Shown here one piece after another: positions 10,051-17,457 of a stretch of 22,313 nt of DNA. Both the position numbers and the translations under genes were made by a program. How positions within the stretch are numbered: the first letter of the stretch is position 1; each line of letters starts with the position of its first letter. The stretch spans positions 1 to 22,313 of the forward strand of contig JAUWKS010000054.1 of NCBI GenBank assembly GCA_030614005.1, in the 5' to 3' direction. The notes beneath the pieces are model-generated. The model was given only the letters and a program-made list of their open reading frames with translations, did not search any database and was not told where the DNA came from. This stretch comes from Candidatus Heimdallarchaeota archaeon (GTDB lineage Archaea > Asgardarchaeota > Heimdallarchaeia > JABLTI01).

Positions 10051-10776
10051 TTATAGTGGTTTTACAGCTGAAATTATTCCACTATACATTTTTATTTTTT
10101 CTCCCTGCCACTCAGTGTGTCTTGAATGATCAACATTAATTTTAATATCTATAAAACCAGCAGCTTTTAGAGCTTCGGTGTATCCTTTTTTTGTTAGAGC
10201 TCCACCAATACAACTACACCAAGATTTATTATCATCTTGCAAGCTTTGAGGTAAATCTTGCTCTGCAATTACATCAGCATCAACTAATCGACCTCCTGGT
10301 TTCAGGATCCTGAAAGCTTCCTTGAATACAACTGATTTATTTGCTGTTAAATTAATGACGCAATTGGAAATAACCACATCAGCAAAATTGTCTTCTACTG
10401 GAACATTCTCAATTTCACCCAATCTAACTTCCGCATTTTTTAACCCCTTAAATTCAATTTCATCTGTAGCATTTTGAATCATTTCGGTAGTCATATCTAT
10501 GCCTATTGCTTTTCCTTGAGAGCCAATTATTTCTGCAGCTCGTATCAAATCATGTCCAGGACCTGAACCAAAGTCAACAACAATGTCTCCCTCTTTCAGT
10601 CCGGCTTTCTCCGGTAAATCAATTATACATCCAAAACTTGGAATCGATTGAACAGGCTTTAGAGATAATTTAGGGGTTTTTTGCTCAGAACAACATGATT
10701 CTTTACTTGTTTCAGTTTGAGCATTTTTTAGTGTTTGAGCATAACTTTTCTTTATACTATCTTTGTTTTTTGTCAT
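10051..10776 (-). CDS. arsM: Arsenite S-adenosylmethionine methyltransferase
   Basis: SAM motif VVDFGSGPG, IGIDMT, and ArsM-type Cys motifs SCCS, SFGC, ISNCVINL and WCSCIGGAL. It sits between arsR and acr3. Confidence 0.9.
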   Translation of the reverse strand: MTKNKDSIKKSYAQTLKNAQTETSKESCCSEQKTPKLSLKPVQSIPSFGCIIDLPEKAGLKEGDIVVDFGSGPGHDLIRAAEIIGSQGKAIGIDMTTEMIQNATDEIEFKGLKNAEVRLGEIENVPVEDNFADVVISNCVINLTANKSVVFKEAFRILKPGGRLVDADVIAEQDLPQSLQDDNKSWCSCIGGALTKKGYTEALKAAGFIDIKINVDHSRHTEWQGEKIKMYSGIISAVKPL

Positions 10777-10806
10777 TCTAGAGTTCCTCAGAGAAAGTTG
10801 TTAAAC

Positions 10807-10828
10807 TATATGAAATAAATTTCATATA
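10807..10828. promoter_or_regulatory. Probable ArsR operator (perfect 10-2-10 inverted repeat)
   Basis: TATATGAAAT-AA-ATTTCATATA in the arsM/acr3 divergent intergenic region. The geometry resembles the hyphenated inverted repeats bound by ArsR/SmtB proteins. Confidence 0.65.
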
Positions 10829-10842
10829 AAAATATTTTTATA
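10825..10842. promoter_or_regulatory. Palindromic back-to-back TATA element (putative bidirectional promoter core)
   Basis: Perfect 18-bp palindrome TATAAAAATATTTTTATA gives a TTTTTATA box on each strand, one facing arsM and one facing acr3. Confidence 0.5.
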
Positions 10843-10861
10843 CAGTAACATTATTCCAATC

Positions 10862-12040
10862 TTGGAGAAGTTCAAAGTGAAATCCGAAACACCAGAGAGT
10901 TCAAGTACCATGCAAAAAAATCCAATAAATAGTACTGACAACCAACCATATTCTGAAAAGGAAAATATTGGGAACGGTATTTCACTTGACAAAGAGCATA
11001 AATTAGGTGTTTTTGAAAAGTATCTTGCACTTTGGGTAGCATTGTGTATGGGTATTGGAATATTGTTATCTCAATTTGTTCCTGTAATTGGAAACACACT
11101 TGAGAGTTGGCAAGTTCAAGATATCAACATTCCAATAGGTATATGCTTATTCTTTATGATGTACCCTGCATTGTTGAATTTTCAATTTAGCGAAGTAAAG
11201 AAGCTTGGAAAAAATCCATTACCTATCATTCTTACACTAGTTTCAAATTGGATATTAGCGCCTTTAGTTGCAGCAGGTCTAGGGTATCTATTCTTGCGAA
11301 ATTTTGACCCTCAACTGATTGTTGCGGTTATTTTACTTGGTTCTAGCCCTTGCACTGCAATGGTTTTAGTTTGGGGTTCTCTCGCAAATGGAAATCAAGA
11401 ACAGAATGTAATTAACACGAGTATTAATACGATTACATTGATTTTTCTCTATGTTCCAATGGTTAAATTATTGACAGGTATTCAAAATATTGAGATTCCA
11501 TGGGTTTGGTTATTAATCACAGTTTCAATATTCATTGGCATCCCTCTCATTCTTGGTATTGTTTCAAAACAATTGATACTAAAAATAAAAGATAAAGATT
11601 GGCTTGAAAACAAATATCGACCAGTTGTAGGCAAAATTTCTATGGTAGCGCTATTATTTACTTTAGTAGTATTGTTCTCAATCAATGGTCAAACAATGAT
11701 TAGCAATCCATTAGAACTACTAATAGTTTCTGCGCCACTCCTAATCGGATTCGTAATTGTTGTAGGGTTCAATCTTCTCATTACAAAAATCTTCAGATTA
11801 AAGTATCGTGAAGCCATTATTACCACAATAATTGGTAGCTCAAGTCATTTTGAAATTGCAATTGCTACTGCTATTGGTTTATATGGCGTTGGATCCTATG
11901 CGGCATTAGGAACAACAATGGGACTATTCTGGGAAGTGCCTATTATGCTTGGCCTTGTATATCTTGGCAAATTTTTACATAAAAAGAATTTCTGGAAACC
12001 AAAACCTAAAATTGAAGAATTGGAAGAAGCTAAAGCTTAA
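10862..12040 (+). CDS. acr3: Acr3-family arsenite efflux transporter
   Basis: FEKYLALWVALC, LFFMMYP, PCTAMVLVW, HFEIAIATAI and EVPIMLGLV motifs with about 10 hydrophobic helices. The true start may be ATG at 10910. Confidence 0.93.
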   Translation: MEKFKVKSETPESSSTMQKNPINSTDNQPYSEKENIGNGISLDKEHKLGVFEKYLALWVALCMGIGILLSQFVPVIGNTLESWQVQDINIPIGICLFFMMYPALLNFQFSEVKKLGKNPLPIILTLVSNWILAPLVAAGLGYLFLRNFDPQLIVAVILLGSSPCTAMVLVWGSLANGNQEQNVINTSINTITLIFLYVPMVKLLTGIQNIEIPWVWLLITVSIFIGIPLILGIVSKQLILKIKDKDWLENKYRPVVGKISMVALLFTLVVLFSINGQTMISNPLELLIVSAPLLIGFVIVVGFNLLITKIFRLKYREAIITTIIGSSSHFEIAIATAIGLYGVGSYAALGTTMGLFWEVPIMLGLVYLGKFLHKKNFWKPKPKIEELEEAKA

Positions 12041-12152
12041 CCCAATTTCTTTTTCTAATGACTCAATTAGTAATATTTTCAGCAAAGAATATATTTCACT
12101 AAATTATACTCTCGGTATCAAATTACTATCAATTTCTATCTATGGTGATCGA

Positions 12153-13118
12153 ATGACTAATAAAAATGATTTATTTGTAATGACGGAAGAGCAATCAACT
12201 GCAGTAAGTAAATTTGTTGACGAAGCACGTCAAGATGGACCCTTTTATTATGATGAAGGAGAATGTGAAGTACTATACATTCCAGTTAAGGGAGGAGAAT
12301 TGAGAGTATTTCATCATATGCCAAAAGAAGGAAAAACTAAAAGACCGATTGTATTCTTTCCGGGGTTCGGAAATACTCCTTGGGTGTGGAGAAAATTCGG
12401 TGCTCCTTTAAGACAATATGGTGAATATTATCTTATTGAGACAAGAGAGAAAAAGCCTAGCAAAATGGAAAAGAATAGAAAAAACAAATTCTCGATTGAT
12501 CAAATGGCTCATGATGTAGGACAAGTGATTAAGCATCTGGGTATAGATAAAAGAGACTACATCTTAATGGCAGCAAGTTTTTGTGGTGGTGTTTTACTGC
12601 AAGGATTGGTGAAAAAATATTACCATCCAAATACCGTCATTGCATTTGATCCATTTCCTAAATTTATTCATCACCGACTTGTGGTTAAGGTTTTCTTTGG
12701 ATTAACACCTGGTTTTGTATTAGATGGAATTAAAATGCTCCTTGCAAAATTTATTCTAGTAAATATGAAAAATCAAACACAAAAAGAACGCAACATGGAT
12801 ACTGTAAATGGTGCAGTTGGTTGGAAATGGAGAAAAGCTCTACTACACAATGTTAATTTTGATATCTATCCATTTTTGAAAGATATTGAAAACGAAGTAT
12901 TCCTTTTCCATGGCCCAAAAGATAGATACCATCCACGAGAAATATATTACAATATTGCAAGTATGATACCAAAGGGACGATTATTCTTCATGGATACAGA
13001 TGAAAATGATAGAGAATTGATGGCAGGAGCAATTGCTAGAGAATTTAGTAAAGTAATAGCTAAAGATGGTGTTCCACCAATCTTTGAACAATTTGAAATA
13101 AAAGTTGATAGAACATGA
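12153..13118 (+). CDS. Alpha/beta-hydrolase-fold protein, paralog 1
   Basis: PIVFFPGFG (beta3 loop), AASFCGG nucleophile elbow and FHGPKD acid motif. ATG at 12153 has GGTGA upstream; the ORF-track start at 11949 overlaps acr3 and is unlikely. Confidence 0.85.
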   Translation: MTNKNDLFVMTEEQSTAVSKFVDEARQDGPFYYDEGECEVLYIPVKGGELRVFHHMPKEGKTKRPIVFFPGFGNTPWVWRKFGAPLRQYGEYYLIETREKKPSKMEKNRKNKFSIDQMAHDVGQVIKHLGIDKRDYILMAASFCGGVLLQGLVKKYYHPNTVIAFDPFPKFIHHRLVVKVFFGLTPGFVLDGIKMLLAKFILVNMKNQTQKERNMDTVNGAVGWKWRKALLHNVNFDIYPFLKDIENEVFLFHGPKDRYHPREIYYNIASMIPKGRLFFMDTDENDRELMAGAIAREFSKVIAKDGVPPIFEQFEIKVDRT

Positions 13119-14074
13119 ATTCCCCCATATCCTTATCTGAAGAGCAAGTAGCAAAAATAACATCTTTAATAGAAAACAATAGTAAAGAGGTGCCATTCTT
13201 TTATGATGAAGGAGTATGTGAGATTCTATTCATTCCAATAGATGATGGTGAATTACGAGTGTTTCACCACAAACCAAAGAACCCAATTAGTAAAAGACCT
13301 GTGCTATTCGTTCCGGGTTTTGGTACATCTCCCTGGTCTTGGAGACATTTCAGTGTTCCATTATATGAGAAGGTAGAATATTATTTCCTGGAAACGAGAG
13401 AAAAATCATCCAGCAAAATAACCAAGAGAATAAAAGCTAAGATGTCCCTTGATCAAACAGCAAAAGATGTTGGACAAGTAATCAGGCATCTGAAATTGGA
13501 TGAAAGAGATTTTGTGCTTCATAGTGCAAGTTATTGTGGTGGGGCTATTCTAACGGGATTGGCAAAGAAATATTTTACTGCACCCACGATTATTTCTTAT
13601 GACCCATTAAACTCATTCAAAAGCCACAAGAAGTATGTTTATTTGATTGGTCCGCTTCCACCATTTATTATTAGTATTTTCAGATATTTAATCATTAAAG
13701 TCCTACTCTTTGGAATGAAGAATAAAACCCAAAAAGAACGCGTTTTAGATTACATCAAACATGCAATTGCGTGGAAATGGAGAAAAGCTGGCATTCATAA
13801 TTTTAATTTCAATATTAAGGATTTATTGCCTTTAATCGAAGAAGAAGTAACTGTTTTTCACGGACCATTAGACCGTTTCCATCCTGATGAAGTTTACTTT
13901 GAAATAGCAAAAAATATTACTAAAGGCAGATACTTCTATATGAATTCTCCAGAAGAATATCGTGAACTCTTGGCAGGTATTATGGCACTGGAATATTCGA
14001 AAATCACTGCAGAAGAGAAGGCCCCAGAATCACTTCTAGATTTTGAAGTCGAACTCAAAAGGGAAACGGTATGA
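13115..14074 (+). CDS. Alpha/beta-hydrolase-fold protein, paralog 2
   Basis: PVLFVPGFG, SASYCGG and FHGPLD. ATGA overlap with the paralog 1 stop suggests translational coupling. Confidence 0.87.
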   Translation: MNSPISLSEEQVAKITSLIENNSKEVPFFYDEGVCEILFIPIDDGELRVFHHKPKNPISKRPVLFVPGFGTSPWSWRHFSVPLYEKVEYYFLETREKSSSKITKRIKAKMSLDQTAKDVGQVIRHLKLDERDFVLHSASYCGGAILTGLAKKYFTAPTIISYDPLNSFKSHKKYVYLIGPLPPFIISIFRYLIIKVLLFGMKNKTQKERVLDYIKHAIAWKWRKAGIHNFNFNIKDLLPLIEEEVTVFHGPLDRFHPDEVYFEIAKNITKGRYFYMNSPEEYRELLAGIMALEYSKITAEEKAPESLLDFEVELKRETV

Positions 14075-14076
14075 AA
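14038..14076 (+). repeat. 39-bp imperfect direct repeat, copy 1 (3' end of hydrolase paralog 2)
   Basis: AGATTTTGAAGTCGAACTCAAAAGGGAAACGGTATGAAA matches 14922-14960 at 36 of 39 positions. Confidence 0.85.
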
Positions 14077-14117
14077 CTTTTTAGAAACAAGATAGACTGT
14101 TTTTTTTGAATTGCAAT

Positions 14118-14302
14118 TTTGGAAAAGCATTAATTTACAGCTAAAAGTACTAGTTATTTTAGATTAGCAGAAGGAAGGCAAAACGTTTGATAGGAGATTT
14201 AAGAGTTACCCATCCATCACCAAAGAAGACCTTCAAGAAAGAATCAAATGGGCTGAAGAAATGAATACAAGAGAAACAATAACCAAGGTATCTCTGGAAT
14301 AA
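14118..14302 (+). pseudogene. Decayed DUF433-like (antitoxin-type) gene
   Basis: The frame from 14141 reads LKVLVILD*QKEGKTFDRRFKSYPSITKEDLQERIKWAEEMNTRETITKVSLE*, resembling the DUF433 core (V..IL..L..G.t.eei...YP.lt.edi...i.yA). It has an in-frame TAG at 14165-14167, and FGKALI lies in another frame at 14118-14135. Confidence 0.6.
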
Positions 14303-14306
14303 ATCA

Positions 14307-14565
14307 TTAATAAGCAGTTTTTCTTTAGCTAATTGAATAAATTTCAATATTATCATTTTTCTTATCAATGCCTTAAAATAATCGATATTTACCAAACCTT
14401 ACTCTTATTGTTTGATCTCTTCTCACCTTAACAATATCATAACCTTTTGGAAAGGGATTTTCTTGTAATTTATCCAAAAAGTCCATTATATTTCGAAAAT
14501 AGTTTGTGTTCTTTAGTTCAAATAATTGTTTCTTTGCTTTTTTTTGAGATGAGCACATTAGGCAA
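14307..14565 (-). pseudogene. relE: RelE/ParE-family toxin pseudogene
   Basis: Reconstructed from TTG at 14565 as MPNVLISKK/AKKQL...ENPFPKGYDIVKV...IRVRFGKYRLF*GIDKKNDNIEIYSIS*RKTAY*. It carries one extra base in an A8 run (14538-14545) and in-frame TAA codons at 14373-14375 and 14325-14327. Confidence 0.8.
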
Positions 14566-14568
14566 GTT

Positions 14569-14778
14569 CTACTCTAGCTCCTTCTTGAACTCCTCTAATG
14601 GTGTATATTCCCCTCGTCTAATCTGTTTTTTTGCTTCTTGAATTTCTCTCAATTCCTCTTCTGTTACCTCTTCTTCATCCAAAAGTCGCAGCTTGATTTC
14701 TATTATATCATCTTTGATTGTTTGCAGATCTTTGTAGATTTTTTCTAAGAGTTCATTTGCTTGACTCAAGAGATTCAC
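14569..14778 (-). CDS. Small antitoxin (archaeal RelB-like), intact
   Basis: 69-aa acidic helical protein ending in the typical antitoxin tail IRRGEYTPLEEFKKELE. It lies 3 bp upstream of the relE remnant, and TTTATA lies about 26 bp upstream of its GTG. Confidence 0.75.
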   Translation of the reverse strand: MNLLSQANELLEKIYKDLQTIKDDIIEIKLRLLDEEEVTEEELREIQEAKKQIRRGEYTPLEEFKKELE

Positions 14779-14921
14779 CTACTATATTATTCTCTTCACT
14801 AAATATAAATTAATTTATTATTGTCTTTTTCTTTTCTTTTTCAAGCCTATTTTACAGGCGTCTGTTTAATCTCAAAACATTTCCGCGAGTTTGAAGAGTT
14901 TTAACTGTAATCAGAAAGTCA

Positions 14922-14960
14922 AGATTTTGTAGTCAAACTCAAAAGGGAAACAGTATGAAA
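14922..14960 (+). repeat. 39-bp imperfect direct repeat, copy 2 (orphan copy of the hydrolase 3' end)
   Basis: AGATTTTGTAGTCAAACTCAAAAGGGAAACAGTATGAAA reads DFVVKLKRETV*, versus DFEVELKRETV* in paralog 2. Confidence 0.85.
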
Positions 14961-15091
14961 ACCTTAATCGAAAAAAACCCTTTTGCACAAACTAATTTTG
15001 CATAGATGAGTGAAAAATCCCAATAAACTTTAATAAATAGTTGAGAAAAAAACATTAGAGAGGTTAGTCTAGAAAACTCTGGGTGGGAAGC

Positions 15092-16063
15092 ATGGAATCT
15101 ATAATTACGAAGGAAATTTCTTTGAGTAAAGAACAAGAAGAAAAAATGGACCAATTGATATCAGAGCACAACCAAGAGGTTCCATTTTATTATGAGGAGG
15201 GAGTGTGTGAAATAATATTTATTCCAATTGAAAATGGCGAGCTAAGAGTTTTTCATCACAAACCAAAGAATCCTGAAAGTAAAAGGCCAGTATTATTTTT
15301 ACCGGGATTTGGTACTTCACCTTGGTCTTGGAGACATTTTAGTACACCAATGCATGAAAAGGCAGAATATTATATCCTTGAGTCTCTAGAGAAATCTTCC
15401 AGCATCACACACAAAAGAAGAAAGGCAAAGATGTCCATTGATCAATTAGCAAAAGATCTGGCAGAAGCAATCCAATACTTGGGACTAGCAGAGAAGGATT
15501 TTGTCCTCTTTGGTTCGAGCTTCTCCGGAGGTATCATTCTAGCAGGATTACTTGAAGAGTATTTTGATGCACCAACAATCGCAGTGCATGATCCAATTAG
15601 GAATTGGCAAGTGCAGAAAAAATTGACCTATATCTTTGCACCATTTCCACCGTTTATAGTTAATGTATTCAAGTCGCTATTGGCAAAAATAGTTTTAGCC
15701 AGAATGAAAAATCAGTCTGCAAAAGAGAGATACTTGGATTTCATCAAAAATGCAACTGTTTGGAAATGGCGAAAAGCAGGCATTCATAATTTGAAGTTCG
15801 ATATTTCTGCAGAATTGAGTACCATTAACAAGGAAATATTATTTTTCCATGGACCTAAGGACAAATATCATGAAGATGAAGAATTCGTACAATATGCAAA
15901 AAATTTACCCAAAGGACGATATATCTATATGAAATCAGCTCCTGAATTTCGTGAATTAGTTGTTGGTATTTCTTCGTTAGAATTGTCAAAAATAACACGC
16001 GATGAAAATATACCAAAATCATTGGCAGTTTTTGAAGTTGATTTAGAAAGAAAAAAAGATTAA
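15092..16063 (+). CDS. Alpha/beta-hydrolase-fold protein, paralog 3
   Basis: PVLFLPGFG, GSSFSGG and FHGPKD, with long identical peptides shared with paralog 2 (e.g. PGFGTSPWSWRHFS). ATG at 15092 has GGTGG upstream. Confidence 0.87.
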   Translation: MESIITKEISLSKEQEEKMDQLISEHNQEVPFYYEEGVCEIIFIPIENGELRVFHHKPKNPESKRPVLFLPGFGTSPWSWRHFSTPMHEKAEYYILESLEKSSSITHKRRKAKMSIDQLAKDLAEAIQYLGLAEKDFVLFGSSFSGGIILAGLLEEYFDAPTIAVHDPIRNWQVQKKLTYIFAPFPPFIVNVFKSLLAKIVLARMKNQSAKERYLDFIKNATVWKWRKAGIHNLKFDISAELSTINKEILFFHGPKDKYHEDEEFVQYAKNLPKGRYIYMKSAPEFRELVVGISSLELSKITRDENIPKSLAVFEVDLERKKD

Positions 16064-16083
16064 AAGAATAATTAATGCTATAA

Positions 16084-17457
16084 TTACTCTTTACTTGACC
16101 CGGAGATTTTGAATGAAGGCAATTTCATAGGTGGAACTAAGGCTCTTGCATCATTCAAGTCCATATATTTACCAACTAAATCAATCTCAGCTAAGAAGCG
16201 AGGTGCAGCATCAGTATATCTCAGTGTTTTAAGCGGGAATTGTATTTCTCCGTTCTTAATATACCAAGCACCATCTCGAGTAAGACCAGTGAAAACACCC
16301 TTTGTTGGATTAACAGCATTTTGGTAATGAAAATGAGTGACCAAAATACCATTTTTAGTTTCAGCAATCATCTCGTCGAGATTGGAATCACCTTCGCCTA
16401 CAAGTAAATGTTGGGCAATAGGTAATGAACGACCGTAGAATTTAGCATTGTGACCTGTACTTTGAACGCTATCTTTGCTAGCAGTTAAAGTATCGTAAGT
16501 AAGATTCTTTACCACTCCGTCTTTAATCATTTCCAATTTCGATTTTGGAACACCTTCGCCATCAAATATTTCGCGGTTTTCCAAACGAGGGTCATAAGCA
16601 TCATCCCAAAGGGTCAATTTCTCTGAGAAGACTTTAGTACCGATTTTATCTCGTAAAAAGCTAATATAATCTTGGTACGACTGGGCACTGAAACCAAAGT
16701 AGTTGATAAAGAAGAGGAATCCGGCAACAGCAGCGGGTTCTAAAACAACTTCATACTCACCGGGATCAATAAATTTCATCCCGAAGCCATCAACAGCTTT
16801 TCGAGCAGCCTTTTCAGCTACTGTTTGAATGTCCAGCTTGGAGAAGTCCTTTCGATTATCTGCGGACCAACCAGCTGTTTCCTCAGTGCCATCTTCAGCA
16901 AGAACAGTTAGGTTAATGTTACCATAAGTGCCACGATCGTAAGCTTCTAGACCAAGGTTATTGAGGATAATGCGCTCTGCAGTTGTGTGTGAAACGGCTC
17001 CAGCAACAGCTTTAATTCGTTTATCTATTGCTTGGGCACTAACAATAGCTAACTTGGCAAAATCAGCTCGTTGCTCTGGAGTTGCTTCAATAGTATTTTT
17101 GGATACGAGGTCAGCAAGTGAAACTTTATCTGAATAGGATTGTTTCTCGGGCAAAGACTTGAAGTCTTTATTTTCAGGAGAAATTTTAGCTATTTTAACT
17201 GCGGTTTCAACTGCACTAGTTATAGATTCATTATCAAAAACTTCAACTGTTGTAGAACCTTTTTGAGAGCCAACATAAGCAATAGTGCTAACACGAAAAT
17301 GACGTTCAGCAACATTTTGATCGATGATACTATTAGCTAAACGAGTTAATGCACCGGTTGTAGAGGTGATAGTAACTTCTGTTTGAGTAGCACCAAATTT
17401 ATCTGCTTGTTTAAGAACAAAGTGTGCTTTCTCGAGAAGTAAATCTTTATTGAACAC
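16084..17457 (-). CDS. pmbA: TldE/PmbA-family protein (non-catalytic partner of TldD)
   Basis: TRLANSIIDQN, YEVVLEP.AV, FDGEGVP, TGHNA and TGLTRDG motifs, with no HExxxH. GTG at 17457 overlaps the tldD 3' end. Confidence 0.9.
   Translation of the reverse strand: MFNKDLLLEKAHFVLKQADKFGATQTEVTITSTTGALTRLANSIIDQNVAERHFRVSTIAYVGSQKGSTTVEVFDNESITSAVETAVKIAKISPENKDFKSLPEKQSYSDKVSLADLVSKNTIEATPEQRADFAKLAIVSAQAIDKRIKAVAGAVSHTTAERIILNNLGLEAYDRGTYGNINLTVLAEDGTEETAGWSADNRKDFSKLDIQTVAEKAARKAVDGFGMKFIDPGEYEVVLEPAAVAGFLFFINYFGFSAQSYQDYISFLRDKIGTKVFSEKLTLWDDAYDPRLENREIFDGEGVPKSKLEMIKDGVVKNLTYDTLTASKDSVQSTGHNAKFYGRSLPIAQHLLVGEGDSNLDEMIAETKNGILVTHFHYQNAVNPTKGVFTGLTRDGAWYIKNGEIQFPLKTLRYTDAAPRFLAEIDLVGKYMDLNDARALVPPMKLPSFKISGSSKE

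Noticed and set aside
9135-11685. Alternative-frame ORFs at 9135, 9247, 9687, 10872 and 11482
   Set aside because: They are antisense or out-of-frame overlaps with the SWIM, arsR and acr3 genes, with no coding signal.
11949-12152. 68-codon N-terminal extension of hydrolase paralog 1 in the ORF track
   Set aside because: It overlaps the acr3 end and is not homologous to the other paralogs, and a good SD precedes ATG at 12153.
14307-14375. Possible TAA recoding or programmed read-through in relE
   Set aside because: TAA terminates many intact genes here, and the same gene also has a frameshift, so decay is the simpler explanation.
14159-14395. 78-aa minus-strand ORF downstream of relE
   Set aside because: It overlaps the relE 3' remnant out of frame and is antisense to the DUF433-like remnant, which explains the region better.
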